From the NCBI GenBank assembly GCA_046563655.1, contig JAJCTO010000012.1, forward strand, positions 186,001 to 250,000: 64,000 bases of DNA, given 5' to 3'. The position numbers and the translations under genes were made by a program. Within the stretch, counting starts at the first letter, position 1. Every line of letters starts with the position of its first letter. The notes under the pieces are model-generated. The model saw nothing but the letters and a program-made list of their open reading frames with translations. It did no database searches and was not told the DNA's origin. Positions 43,501-57,835 of the stretch are shown here, in pieces. The DNA comes from Yuukianura sp. NJ FZ-2021 (lineage: Eukaryota).

Positions 43501-46500
43501 AAAGTACTACAGGAACCCAAGTTTAATTGGCGTGGATAGATCGCAATTAAATCCGGTTAGAGCGTACTTAAAAGTCTGGATGCACCGCTCTGCCTCGGAT
43601 TTTATCTTGGGTTGGTGTGCGCCACCCAGGGCAATGTCGAGCACCATTTTGACGCAAAAACGACTTAAATTTGTGAGAATGAACATGCAAATGTGAGAAT
43701 GAACAGAAAGTAAATTACATTTTTGAAATCCTCATAAAAAGTGCTACAGGAACCCACTTTCACTTGCTGTGTCGTCCCTCATCTTGTTACCTTTATTTAT
43801 GAAAATTCATGTTTCAAAACAAAGAATTCAAAAGAAATGCATTCCGGAACGATGCCTCGTATTTTATCTTGGGTTGGTATGCGCTACCCAGGGTAATGTC
43901 GAGCACCATTTTGACGCAAAAACGACTTAAATTTGTGAGAATGAACAGAAAGTAAATTACATTTTCGAAATCCTCATAAAAAGGGCTACAGGAACCCACT
44001 TTCACTTGCTGTGTCGTCCCTCATCTTGTTACCTTTATTTATGAAAATTCATGTTTCATAACAAAGAATTCAAAAGAAATGCATTCCGGAACGATGCTGG
44101 GTAAAAGTCAACTATATTTTTGAAATCCTCATAAAAAGGGCTACAGGAACCCACTTTCACTTGCTGTGTCGTCCCTCATCTTGTTACCTTTATTTATGAA
44201 AATTTATTTCAAAACAAATCATTCGAAAAACTCCCACGCGTAGCAATGCCGGGAGAAAATGAGTTACTTTTCTGAAATCTTCCTGAAAAGTACTACAGGA
44301 ACCCAAGTTTAATTGGCTGGATAGATCGCAATTAAATCCGGTTAGAGCGTACTTAAAAGTCTGGATGAACCGCTCTGCCTCGGATTTTATCTTGGGTTGG
44401 TGTGCGCCACCCAGGGCAATGTCGAGCACCATTTTGACGCAAAAACGACTTAAATTTGTGAGAATGAACAAGCAAATGTGAGAATGAACAGAAACTAAAT
44501 TACATTTTTGAAATCCTCATAAACAGTGCTACAGGAACCCACTTTCACTTGCTCTGTCGTCAGTCATCTTGTTACCTTTATTTATGAAAATTCATGGTTC
44601 AAAACAAAGAATTCAAAAGAAATGCATTCCGGAACGATGCTGGGTAAAAGTCAACTATATTTTTGAAATCCTCATAAAAAGTGCTACAGGAACCCACTTT
44701 CACTTGCTCTGTCGTCAGTCATCTTGTTACCTTTATTTATGAAAATTCATGTTTCAAAACAAAGAATTCAAAAGAAATGCATTCCGGAACAATGCTGGGT
44801 AAAAGTCAACTATATTTTTGAAATCCTCATAAAGAGGGCTACAGGAACCCACTTTCACTTGCTGTGTCGTCCCTCATCTTGTTACCTTTATTTATGAAAA
44901 TTTATTTCAAAACAAATCATTCGAAAAACTCCCACGCGTAGCAATGCCGGGAGAAAATGAGTTACTTTTCTGAAATCTTCCTGAAAAGTACTACAGGAAC
45001 CCAAGTTTAATTGGCGTGGATAGATCGCAATTAAATCCGGTTAGAGCGTACTTAAAAGTCTGGATGAACCGCTCTGCCTCGGATTTTATCTTGGGTTGGT
45101 GTGCGCCACCCAGGGCAATGTCGAGCACCATTTTGACGCAAAAACGACTTAAATTTGTGAGAATGAACATGCAAATGTGAGAATGAACAGAAACTAAATT
45201 ACATTTTTGAAATCCTCATAAAAAGTGCTACAGGAACCCACTTTCACTTGCTCTGTCGTCAGTCATCTTGTTACCTTTATTTATGAAAATTCATGGTTCA
45301 AAACAAAGAATTCAAAAGAAATGCATTCCGGAACGATGCTGGGTAAAAGTCAACTATATTTTTGAAATCCTCATAAAAAGTGCTACAGGAACCCACTTTC
45401 ACTTGCTCTGTCGTCAGTCATCTTGTTACCTTTATTTATGAAAATTCATGTTTCAAAACAAAGAATTCAAAAGAAATGCATTCCGGAACAATGCTGGGTA
45501 AAAGTCAACTATATTTTTGAAATCCTCATAAAGAGGGCTACAGGAACCCACTTTCACTTGCTGTGTCGTCCCTCATCTTGTTACCTTTATTTATGAAAAT
45601 TTATTTCAAAACAAATCATTCGAAAAACTCCCACGCGTAGCAATGCCGGGAGAAAATGAGTTACTTTTCTGAAATCTTCCTGAAAAGTACTACAGGAACC
45701 CAAGTTTAATTGGCGTGGATAGATCGCAATTAAATCCGGTTAGAGCGTACTTAAAAGTCTGGATGAACCGCTCTGCCTCGGATTTTATCTTGGGTTGGTG
45801 TGCGCCACCCAGGGCAATGTCGAGCACCATTTTGACGCAAAAACGACTTAAATTTGTGAGAATGAACATGCAAATGTGAGAATGAACAGAAAGTAAATTA
45901 CATTTTTGAAATCCTCATAAAAAGTGCTACAGGAACCCACTTTCACTTGCTGTGTCGTCCCTCATCTTGTTACCTTTATTTATGAAAATTCGTGTTTCAA
46001 AACAAAGAATTCAAAAGAAATGCATTCCGGAACGATGCCTCGTATTTTATTTTGGGTTGGTATGCGCTACCCAGGGTAATGTCGAGCACCATTTTGACGC
46101 AAAAACGACTTAAATTTGTGAGAATGAACAGAAAGTAAATTACATTTTCGAAATCCTCATAAAAAGGGCTACAGGAACCCACTTTCACTTGCTGTGTCGT
46201 CCCTCATCTTGTTACCTTTATTTATGAAAATTCATGGTTCAAAACAAAAAATTCAAAAGAAATGCATTCCGGAACGATGCTGGGTAAAAGTCAACTATAT
46301 TTTTGAAATCCTCATAAAAAGTGCTACAGGAACCCACTTTCACTTGCTCTGTCGTCAGTCATCTTGTTACCTTTATTTATGAAAATTCATGTTTCAAAAC
46401 AAAGAATTCAAAAGAAATGCATTCCGGAACAATGCTGGGTAAAAGTCAACTATATTTTTGAAATCCTCATAAAGAGGGCTACAGGAACCCACTTTCACTT

Positions 46501-49500
46501 GCTGTGTCGTCCCTCATCTTGTTACCTTTATTTATGAAAATTTATTTCAAAACAAATCATTCGAAAAACTCCCACGCGTAGCAATGCCGGGAGAAAATGA
46601 GTTACTTTTCTGAAATCTTCCTGAAAAGTACTACAGGAACCCAAGTTTAATTGGCGTGGATAGATCGCAATTAAATCCGGTTAGAGCGTACTTAAAAGTC
46701 TGGATGAACCGCTCTGCCTCGGATTTTATCTTGGGTTGGTGTGCGCCACCCAGGGCAATGTCGAGCACCATTTTGACGCAAAAACGACTTAAATTTGTGA
46801 GAATGAACATGCAAATGTGAGAATGAACAGAAAGTAAATTACATTTTTGAAATCCTCATAAAAAGTGCTACAGGAACCCACTTTCACTTGCTGTGTCGTC
46901 CCTCATCTTGTTACCTTTATTTATGAAAATTCGTGTTTCAAAACAAAGAATTCAAAAGAAATGCATTCCGGAACGATGCCTCGTATTTTATTTTGGGTTG
47001 GTATGCGCTACCCAGGGTAATGTCGAGCACCATTTTGACGCAAAAACGACTTAAATTTGTGAGAATGAACAGAAAGTAAATTACATTTTCGAAATCCTCA
47101 TAAAAAGGGCTACAGGAACCCACTTTCACTTGCTGTGTCGTCCCTCATCTTGTTACCTTTATTTATGAAAATTCATGTTTCATAACAAAGAATTCAAAAG
47201 AAATGCATTCCGGAACGATGCTGGGTAAATGTCAACTATATTTTTGAAATCCTCATAAAAAGGGCTACAGGAACCCACTTTCACTTGCTGTGTCGTCCCT
47301 CATCTTGTTACCTTTATTTATGAAAATTTATTTCAAAACAAATCATTCGAAAAACTCCCACGCGTAGCAATGCCGGGAGAAAATGAGTTACTTTTCTGAA
47401 ATCTTCCTGAAAAGTACTACAGGAACCCAAGTTTAATTGGCGTGGATAGATCGCAATTAAATCCGGTTAGAGCGTACTTAAAAGTCTGGATGAACCGCTC
47501 TGCTTCGGATTTTATCTTGGGTTGGTGTGCGCCACCCAGGGCAATGTCGAGCACCATTTTGACGCAAAAACGACTTAAATTTGTGAGAATGAACAGAAAG
47601 TAAATTACATTTTCGAAATCCTCATAAAAAGTGCTACAGGAACCCACTTTCACTTGCTCTGTCGTCAGTCATCTTGTTACCTTTATTTATGAAAATTCAT
47701 CGTTCAAAACAAAGAATTCAAAAGAAATGCATTCCGGAACGATGCTGGGTAAAAGTCAACTATATTTTTGAAATCCTCATAAAAAGTGCTACAGGAACCC
47801 ACTTTCACTTGCTCTGTCGTCAGTCATCTTGTTACCTTTATTTATGAAAATTCATGTTTCAAAACAAAGAATTCAAAAGAAATGCATTCCGGAACAATGC
47901 TGGGTAAAAGTCAACTATATTTTTGAAATCCTCATAAAGAGGGCTACAGGAACCCACTTTCACTTGCTGTGTCGTCCCTCATCTTGTTACCTTTATTTAT
48001 GAAAATTTATTTCAAAACAAATCATTCGAAAAACTCCCACGCGTAGCAATGCCGGGAGAAAATGAGTTACTTTTCTGAAATCTTCCTGAAAAGTACTACA
48101 GGAACCCAAGTTTAATTGGCGTGGATAGATCGCAATTAAATCCGGTTAGAGCGTACTTAAAAGTCTGGATGAACCGCTCTGCCTCGGATTTTATCTTGGG
48201 TTGGTGTGCGCCACCCAGGGCAATGTCGAGCACCATTTTGACGCAAAAACGACTTAAATTTGTGAGAATGAACATGCAAATGTGAGAATGAACAGAAAGT
48301 AAATTACATTTTTGAAATCCTCATAAAAAGTGCTACAGGAACCCACTTTCACTTGCTGTGTCGTCCCTCATCTTGTTACCTTTATTTATGAAAATTCATG
48401 TTTCAAAACAAAGAATTCAAAAGAAATGCATTCCGGAACGATGCCTCGTATTTTATCTTGGGTTGGTATGCGCTACCCAGGGTAATGTCGAGCACCATTT
48501 TGACGCAAAAACGACTTAAATTTGTGAGAATGAACAGAAAGTAAATTACATTTCCGAAATCCTCATAAAAAGGGCTACAGGAACCCACTTTCACTTGCTG
48601 TGTCGTCCCTCATCTTGTTACCTTTATTTATGAAAATTCATGTTTCATAACAAAGAATTCAAAAGAAATGCATTCCGGAACGATGCTGGGTAAAAGTCAA
48701 CTATATTTTTGAAATCCTCATAAAAAGGGCTACAGGAACCCACTTTCACTTGCTGTGTCGTCCCTCATCTTGTTACCTTTATTTATGAAAATTTATTTCA
48801 AAACAAATCATTCGAAAAACTCCCACGCGTAGCAATGCCGGGAGAAAATGAGTTACTTTTCTGAAATCTTCCTGAAAAGTACTACAGGAACCCAAGTTTA
48901 ATTGGCTGGATAGATCGCAATTAAATCCGGTTAGAGCGTACTTAAAAGTCTGGATGAACCGCTCTGCCTCGGATTTTATCTTGGGTTGGTGTGCGCCACC
49001 CAGGGCAATGTCGAGCACCATTTTGACGCAAAAACGACTTAAATTTGTGAGAATGAACAAGCAAATGTGAGAATGAACAGAAACTAAATTACATTTTTGA
49101 AATCCTCATAAACAGTGCTACAGGAACCCACTTTCACTTGCTCTGTCGTCAGTCATCTTGTTACCTTTATTTATGAAAATTCATGGTTCAAAACAAAGAA
49201 TTCAAAAGAAATGCATTCCGGAACGATGCTGGGTAAAAGTCAACTATATTTTTGAAATCCTCATAAAAAGTGCTACAGGAACCCACTTTCACTTGCTCTG
49301 TCGTCAGTCATCTTGTTACCTTTATTTATGAAAATTCATGTTTCAAAACAAAGAATTCAAAAGAAATGCATTCCGGAACAATGCTGGGTAAAAGTCAACT
49401 ATATTTTTGAAATCCTCATAAAGAGGGCTACAGGAACCCACTTTCACTTGCTGTGTCGTCCCTCATCTTGTTACCTTTATTTATGAAAATTTATTTCAAA

Positions 49501-52500
49501 ACAAATCATTCGAAAAACTCCCACGCGTAGCAATGCCGGGAGAAAATGAGTTACTTTTCTGAAATCTTCCTGAAAAGTACTACAGGAACCCAAGTTTAAT
49601 TGGCGTGGATAGATCGCAATTAAATCCGGTTAGAGCGTACTTAAAAGTCTGGATGAACCGCTCTGCCTCGGATTTTATCTTGGGTTGGTGTGCGCCACCC
49701 AGGGCAATGTCGAGCACCATTTTGACGCAAAAACTACTTAAATTTGTGAGAATGAACATGCAAATGTGAGAATGAACAGAAACTAAATTACATTTTTGAA
49801 ATCCTCATAAAAAGTGCTACAGGAACCCACTTTCACTTGCTCTGTCGTCAGTCATCTTGTTACCTTTATTTATGAAAATTCATGGTTCAAAACAAAGAAT
49901 TCAAAAGAAATGCATTCCGGAACGATGCTGGGTAAAAGTCAACTATATTTTTGAAATCCTCATAAAAAGTGCTACAGGAACCCACTTTCACTTGCTCTGT
50001 CGTCAGTCATCTTGTTACCTTTATTTATGAAAATTCATGTTTCAAAACAAAGAATTCAAAAGAAATGCATTCCGGAACAATGCTGGGTAAAAGTCAACTA
50101 TATTTTTGAAATCCTCATAAAGAGGGCTACAGGAACCCACTTTCACCTGCTGTGTCGTCCCTCATCTTGTTACCTTTATTTATGAAAATTTATTTCAAAA
50201 CAAATCATTCGAAAAACTCCCACGCGTAGCAATGCCGGGAGAAAATGAGTTACTTTTCTGAAATCTTCCTGAAAAGTACTACAGGAACCCAAGTTTAATT
50301 GGCGTGGATAGATCGCAATTAAATCCGGTTAGAGCGTACTTAAAAGTCTGGATGAACCGCTCTGCCTCGGATTTTATCTTGGGTTGGTGTGCGCCACCCA
50401 GGGCAATGTCGAGCACCATTTTGACGCAAAAACGACTTAAATTTGTGAGAATGAACAGAAAGTAAATTACATTTTCGAAATCCTCATAAAAAGGGCTACA
50501 GGAACCCACTTTCACTTGCTGTGTCGTCCCTCATCTTGTTACCTTTATTTATGAAAATTCATGTTTCATAACAAAGAATTCAAAAGAAATGCATTCCGGA
50601 ACGATGCTGGGTAAATGTCAACTATATTTTTGAAATCCTCATAAAAAGGGCTACAGGAACCCACTTTCACTTGCTGTGTCGTCCCTCATCTTGTTACCTT
50701 TATTTATGAAAATTTATTTCAAAACAAATCATTCGAAAAACTCCCACGCGTAGCAATGCCGGGAGAAAATGAGTTACTTTTCTGAAATCTTCCTGAAAAG
50801 TACTACAGGAACCCAAGTTTAATTGGCTGGATAGATCGCAATTAAATCCGGTTAGAGCGTACTTAAAAGTCTGGATGAACCGCTCTGCCTCGGATTTTAT
50901 CTTGGGTTGGTGTGCGCCACCCAGGGCAATGTCGAGCACCATTTTGACGCAAAAACGACTTAAATTTGTGAGAATGAACATGCAAATGTGAGAATGAACA
51001 GAAACTAAATTACATTTTTGAAATCCTCATAAAAAGTGCTACAGGAACCCACTTTCACTTGCTCTGTCGTCAGTCATCTTGTTACCTTTATTTATGAAAA
51101 TTCATGGTTCAAAACAAAGAATTCAAAAGAAATGCATTCCGGAACGATGCTGGGTAAAAGTCAACTATATTTTTGAAATCCTCATAAAAAGTGCTACAGG
51201 AACCCACTTTCACTTGCTCTGTCGTCAGTCATCTTGTTACCTTTATTTATGAAAATTCATGTTTCAAAACAAAGAATTCAAAAGAAATGCATTCCGGAAC
51301 AATGCTGGGTAAAAGTCAACTATATTTTTGAAATCCTCATAAAGAGGGCTACAGGAACCCACTTTCACCTGCTGTGTCGTCCCTCATCTTGTTACCTTTA
51401 TTTATGAAAATTTATTTCAAAACAAATCATTCGAAAAACTCCCACGCGTAGCAATGCCGGGAGAAAATGAGTTACTTTTCTGAAATCTTCCTGAAAAGTA
51501 CTACAGGAACCCAAGTTTAATTGGCGTGGATAGATCGCAATTAAATCCGGTTAGAGCGTACTTAAAAGTCTGGATGAACCGCTCTGCCTCGGATTTTATC
51601 TTGGGTTGGTGTGCGCCACCCAGGGCAATGTCGAGCACCATTTTGACGCAAAAACGACTTAAATTTGTGAGAATGAACATGCAAATGTGAGAATGAACAG
51701 AAACTAAATTACATTTTTGAAATCCTCATAAAAAGTGCTACAGGAACCCACTTTCACTTGCTCTGTCGTCAGTCATCTTGTTACCTTTATTTATGAAAAT
51801 TCATGGTTCAAAACAAAGAATTCAAAAGAAATGCATTCCGGAACGATGCTGGGTAAAAGTCAACTATATTTTTGAAATCCTCATAAAAAGTGCTACAGGA
51901 ACCCACTTTCACTTGCTCTGTCGTCAGTCATCTTGTTACCTTTATTTATGAAAATTCATGTTTCAAAACAAAGAATTCAAAAGAAATGCATTCCGGAACA
52001 ATGCTGGGTAAATGTCAACTATATTTTTGAAATCCTCATAAAAAGGGCTACAGGAACCCACTTTCACTTGCTGTGTCGTCCCTCATCTTGTTACCTTTAT
52101 TTATGAAAATTTATTTCAAAACAAATCATTCGAAAAACTCCCACGCGTAGCAATGCCGGGAGAAAATGAGTTACTTTTCTGAAATCTTCCTGAAAAGTAC
52201 TACAGGAACCCAAGTTTAATTGGCTGGATAGATCGCAATTAAATCCGGTTAGAGCGTACTTAAAAGTCTGGATGAACCGCTCTGCCTCGGATTTTATCTT
52301 GGGTTGGTGTGCGCCACCCAGGGCAATGTCGAGCACCATTTTGACGCAAAAACGACTTAAATTTGTGAGAATGAACATGCAAATGTGAGAATGAACAGAA
52401 ACTAAATTACATTTTTGAAATCCTCATAAAAAGTGCTACAGGAACCCACTTTCACTTGCTCTGTCGTCAGTCATCTTGTTACCTTTATTTATGAAAATTC

Positions 52501-54999
52501 ATGGTTCAAAACAAAGAATTCAAAAGAAATGCATTCCGGAACGATGCTGGGTAAAAGTCAACTATATTTTTGAAATCCTCATAAAAAGTGCTACAGGAAC
52601 CCACTTTCACTTGCTCTGTCGTCAGTCATCTTGTTACCTTTATTTATGAAAATTCATGTTTCAAAACAAAGAATTCAAAAGAAATGCATTCCGGAACAAT
52701 GCTGGGTAAAAGTCAACTATATTTTTGAAATCCTCATAAAGAGGGCTACAGGAACCCACTTTCACCTGCTGTGTCGTCCCTCATCTTGTTACCTTTATTT
52801 ATGAAAATTTATTTCAAAACAAATCATTCGAAAAACTCCCACGCGTAGCAATGCCGGGAGAAAATGAGTTACTTTTCTGAAATCTTCCTGAAAAGTACTA
52901 CAGGAACCCAAGTTTAATTGGCGTGGATAGATCGCAATTAAATCCGGTTAGAGCGTACTTAAAAGTCTGGATGAACCGCTCTGCCTCGGATTTTATCTTG
53001 GGTTGGTGTGCGCCACCCAGGGCAATGTCGAGCACCATTTTGACGCAAAAACGACTTAAATTTGTGAGAATGAACAGAAAGTAAATTACATTTTCGAAAT
53101 CCTCATAAAAAGGGCTACAGGAACCCACTTTCACTTGCTGTGTCGTCCCTCATCTTGTTACCTTTATTTATGAAAATTCATGTTTCATAACAAAGAATTC
53201 AATAGAAATGCATTCCGGAACGATGCTGGGTAAATGTCAACTATATTTTTGAAATCCTCATAAAAAGGGCTACAGGAACCCACTTTCACTTGCTGTGTCG
53301 TCCCTCATCTTGTTACCTTTATTTATGAAAATTTATTTCAAAACAAATCATTCGAAAAACTCCCACGCGTAGCAATGCCGGGAGAAAATGAGTTACTTTT
53401 CTGAAATCTTCCTGAAAAGTACTACAGGAACCCAAGTTTAATTGGCTGGATAGATCGCAATTAAATCCGGTTAGAGCGTACTTAAAAGTCTGGATGAACC
53501 GCTCTGCCTCGGATTTTATCTTGGGTTGGTGTGCGCCACCCAGGGCAATGTCGAGCACCATTTTGACGCAAAAACGACTTAAATTTGTGAGAATGAACAT
53601 GCAAATGTGAGAATGAACAGAAACTAAATTACATTTTTGAAATCCTCATAAAAAGTGCTACAGGAACCCACTTTCACTTGCTCTGTCGTCAGTCATCTTG
53701 TTACCTTTATTTATGAAAATTCATGGTTCAAAACAAAGAATTCAAAAGAAATGCATTCCGGAACGATGCTGGGTAAAAGTCAACTATATTTTTGAAATCC
53801 TCATAAAAAGTGCTACAGGAACCCACTTTCACTTGCTCTGTCGTCAGTCATCTTGTTACCTTTATTTATGAAAATTCATGTTTCAAAACAAAGAATTCAA
53901 AAGAAATGCATTCCGGAACAATGCTAAGTAAAAGTCAACTATATTTTTGAAATCCTCATAAAGAGGGCTACAGGAACCCACTTTGACTTGCTGTGTCGTC
54001 CCTCATCTTGTTACCTTTATTTATGAAAATTTATTTCAAAACAAATCATTCGAAAAACTCCCACGCGTAGCAATGCCGGGAGAAAATGAGTTACTTTTCT
54101 GAAATCCTCCTGAAAAGTACTACAGGAACCCAAGTTTAATTGGCGTGGATAGATCGCAATTAAATCCGGTTAGAGCGTACTTAAAAGTCTGGATGAACCG
54201 CTCTGCCTCGGATTTTATCTTGGGTTGGTGTGCGCCACCCAGGGCAATGTCGAGCACCATTTTGACGCAAAAACGACTTAAATTTGTGAGAATGAACATG
54301 CAAATGTGAGAATGAACAGAAAGTAAATTACATTTTTGAAATCCTCATAAAAAGTGCTACAGGAACCCACTTTCACTTGCTGTGTCGTCCCTCTTCTTGT
54401 TACCTTTATTTATGAAAATTTATGTTTCAAAACAAAGAATTCAAAAGAAATGCATTCCGGATCGATGCTGGGTAAAAGTCAACTATATTTTTGAAATCCT
54501 CATAAAGAGGGCTACAGGAACCCACTTTCACTTGCTGTGTCGTCCCTCATCTTGTTACCTTTATTTATGAAAATTCATGTTTCAAAACAAAGAATTCAAA
54601 AGAAATGCATTCCGGAACGATGCTGGGTAAAAGTCAACTATATTTTTGAAATCCTCATAAAAAGGGCTACAGGAACCCACTTTCACTTGCTGTGTCGTCC
54701 CTCATCTTGATACCTTTATTTATGAAAATTTATTTCAAAACAAATCATTCGAAAAACTCCCACGCGTAGCAATGCCGGGAGAAAATGAGTTACTTTTCTG
54801 AAATCTTCCTGAAAAGTACTACAGGAACCCAAGTTTAATTGGCGTGGATAGATCGCAATTAAATCCGGTTAGAGCGTACTTAAAAGTCTGGATGAACCGC
54901 TCTGCCTCGGATTTTATCTTGGGTTGGTGTGCGCCACCCAGGGCAATGTCGAGCACCATTTTGACGCAAAAACGACTTAAATTTGTGAGAATGAACATG
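34509..54999. repeat. Satellite DNA array with higher-order repeats (block 3, ~20.5 kb)
   Basis: Monomer types of ~155, ~152, 217/237 and 242/262 bp; identical spurious ORFs recur at 941, 1048, 2619, 4085 and 4589-bp offsets. Confidence 0.97.
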
Positions 55000-55174
55000 T
55001 GTTACGGTTGGTAATGGAGAAGAGAGATGAGCTCAGTTGAGTGGGCTGGGATCGAGTGATCCCATGTCTTTATTGTTAGGTGCTTTTATACCTGTGAGTG
55101 AAGACTCTACAGAGGTGTTGGGTGACGTCAGCCGTGGCATGACGTTAGCCTTTAACCGTCCTACATACCTAACA
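55000..55174 (-). repeat. 3' LTR of element D
   Basis: On the - strand: TGACGTCA, TATAAAAG, AATAAA in promoter/poly(A) order. Confidence 0.92.
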
Positions 55175-56379
55175 CATCTACACTATGGAAAAGATCGTCC
55201 TCGATCGTAGTTAATGGAACTTAAGGTATACAAGATAAGTTTGAAGGTAAAGAATAATCATGAATAATACAGTAAGTAGAAAAGTTTCGAAAAACAATTA
55301 AGTAATATAATAACAAAACAGTTATACTCGGTAAACTCAGGAAGTATAGCCAACGGTTAAGTCTACTAATTTTTTTTTTTTTGTTGAAACATTTAGGCAA
55401 AACCGTAGAGCTAGGTTTTTCTCTTGGGAAAGCTTGAATTAGGGTAATATAGGGTCACACGTAAGTTAGAAAATATTGACCTTGTAACTAATCGTGTGAA
55501 AGTTGTTTTCGGTAATGGGTATGGCCGGGTTCTACGTCGTTGAGGTTCATAACACTTATGATTATGGTTATTGAGAACTGTCACGTGTATGTTGTCAGAA
55601 AACGCATCCTTTACCACTAATCTTCCGGAGCATACTGAGGTGAAGCCGATTGGCCTATTTGAGTGCTTCATAGTTCGTTGTTTGTGCTGAGAAGCTTGGG
55701 GTGGATGAAACCCGAGCGCCTTCCAGGGACGCGAGAGTAGGTGGATTTGGGTGGGCCTCCTTAGCTAAAGCGAAGTACTGGGACGTATTAAAATCCCTCA
55801 GTGCAGTTGATGCTGAGTTGTAGTATTAACTTGTGTGCTAACGAGATGCGTAAATTGAAGAGACCGTATTGGACACCAACTTTCATTTGCACTCGGGTTC
55901 CTCAATAAATGTAGAGGGATAGCTAGGGCAGTACGCGACCAAAAAAAAAAAAGGCCGTATATTTTTGATCAAGTTCAGGAATCAGTGGATTCGTGAAACA
56001 ATTAAGTGTAAGGAGGTTAATTTAATTGAGGGAGTTATTGGAGGGACGTTCGTTTTAGGGCATAGGTCAGCCTGGGGTAGAAGGGTATGGAGTAAGTGAT
56101 CGATTCTGAATAGTGTGGGCTGTTCAATGTGTGTGTTATCAGTTAACAACACGTTCGGTGGTGGGTACCCGGCGGCCGCCTTTCGAATTTGTAGTTTTGT
56201 GTCACCTGACTACGTGCATTGCGAGCTCGCTAGTTTCGATACGATTTGACCATGGCTATTCGTGACTGAATACAAAGTCTAGTAAACTGAATTAACATTT
56301 GGTACGAAGCGCTTCCATACATTAATATATTGACAAGTTTAACTCGGGCGCCCGGCTACTATAAATTTGTTTACATTGA

Positions 56380-56985
56380 AATGACGCTGCAAAGTATTCC
56401 GTTTGCGCAAAGGACAGTGTAGCAATATAATGACGTCTTCAAGATACTTGTTTGATTCATTTGGTGACGTCACCATAAGTTTTCATGTGTTAAGTAAATG
56501 ACGTCTTGCAATATTTTCTTTTCAATAAAGTGACGTCTTCGATATATTTAATTTCTTCAGCTGGGTACGTCAGGATGAGTTTTCATGTGTTTAGTGAAAG
56601 ACGTCTTCACAATATATTTTCTTCAATGAACTGACATCTTCAAAATATTTTGGTTGAGTAAATGACGTCTGCAGGATATGCTGGTTGAGTAAATTATGTC
56701 TTGACAATATATTCTTTTCAATAAAGTGACGTATTCGATATATTAAATTTCTTCGGCTGGTGACGTCATCATGAGCTTTCATGGCTTTGGTAAAAGACGT
56801 CTTCACAAAAATTCTGTGACGTCTTCATAATATTATTCGACACATGTCAATTCGTTCAAAATTTCTTAAGTAGGTGACATCAGTGTAAGGTTCTTTTCGA
56901 ATGACTGACGTATGAAAAATATTCTTTTGCTTCAGTGGGTGATGTCATGATCAGCTGTTGTATTGTTCTAACATCACGTCATGAC
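56380..56985. repeat. Degenerate ~33-bp tandem array with (T)GACGTC cores inside element D
   Basis: TGACGTC-like cores at ~56431, 56465, 56499, 56531, 56567, 56599, 56632, 56663, 56727, 56761, 56795, 56817, 56875, 56906, 56940. Confidence 0.8.
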
Positions 56986-57647
56986 CAACTTTCCGTAGGT
57001 AGTGCAGTTATCGTGGTGGAAGTATTTAGTTTTTGGTTTATGGGGTATAATATATGTAGTTAAATTGCGTAACGTGTTTGGCTCACAGTCAACCACCAGT
57101 ATAAGTGTAAGTGTTGGGCTTACATCATTCCCCATATAAATAATTGGCGTGTGGGGTAGTGACCTGTGAGGGGGGGTGCAGTGGATTGATGGCAGTGGGC
57201 GATCTTTGCTGTATACAAATTAAGAGTACAGTCTTCAGCAAAGGGTGATTATGGATTATTGTTGTATAGTCACAAGGTTCATATTAGGGATAATTATAAA
57301 ATTGTGGGCAGGGAAATCAATGCAAACCTGGACATGTCGTTTGTGTAGCGTGTTTTCGCTGGTCAACCGTGAAATAGCGACGCGATTAAGGAGAGGGACT
57401 TATTCTTCTGGAGAATATACGTGTGCTAGGTGAGTTTACGTGGACGGAGCTGTATCCTTGTCGAAAGGCCTTGGACTTTGCGAAGTGGGGGGGGGAGGGA
57501 CGAAGGGTATTGGGGGCCTCCCTGGTATGCGAAGGAACGCCGTGCATAGGGGTCTGCACTTTGAAGCGAATGTCGGAGACCCGTGCAATGGGGTATGGGG
57601 GGATCAAGCTCCCTCCATAGTGAGAACAGAGGTGGAGAATCAACCTG

Positions 57648-57659
57648 CCTCTGCTACCA
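57648..57659 (-). promoter_or_regulatory. PBS of element D, initiator tRNA-Met
   Basis: TGGTAGCAGAGG 1 nt after the 5' LTR on the - strand; complement of the animal tRNA-iMet 3' end. Confidence 0.85.
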
Positions 57660-57660
57660 C

Positions 57661-57835
57661 TGTTACGGTTGGTAATGGAGAAGAGAGATGAGCTCAGTTG
57701 GGTGGGCTGGGATCGAGTGATCCCATGTCTTTATTGTTAGGTGCTTTTATACCTGTGAGTGAAGACTCTACAGAGGTGTTGGGTGACGTCAGCCGTGGCA
57801 TGACGTTAGCCTTTAACCGTCCTACATACCTAACA
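57661..57835 (-). repeat. 5' LTR of element D
   Basis: Direct repeat of 55000-55174, adjacent to the PBS. Confidence 0.92.

Larger units (their letters stand above)
55000..57835 (-). mobile_element. Element D: non-autonomous LTR element (TRIM/LARD-like), 175-bp LTRs, TSD CATG
   Basis: LTRs 55000-55174 and 57661-57835 (TGTTA...TAACA, one mismatch seen); CATG at 54996-54999 and 57836-57839; no gag/pol ORF inside. Confidence 0.93.

Noticed and set aside
56380..56985. GACGTC array as a CRISPR array
   Set aside because: The conserved core is only ~7-10 bp and the spacers are related by tandem duplication
55175..57647. Short ORFs inside element D
   Set aside because: All are under 90 aa with no gag, pol or other recognisable motif
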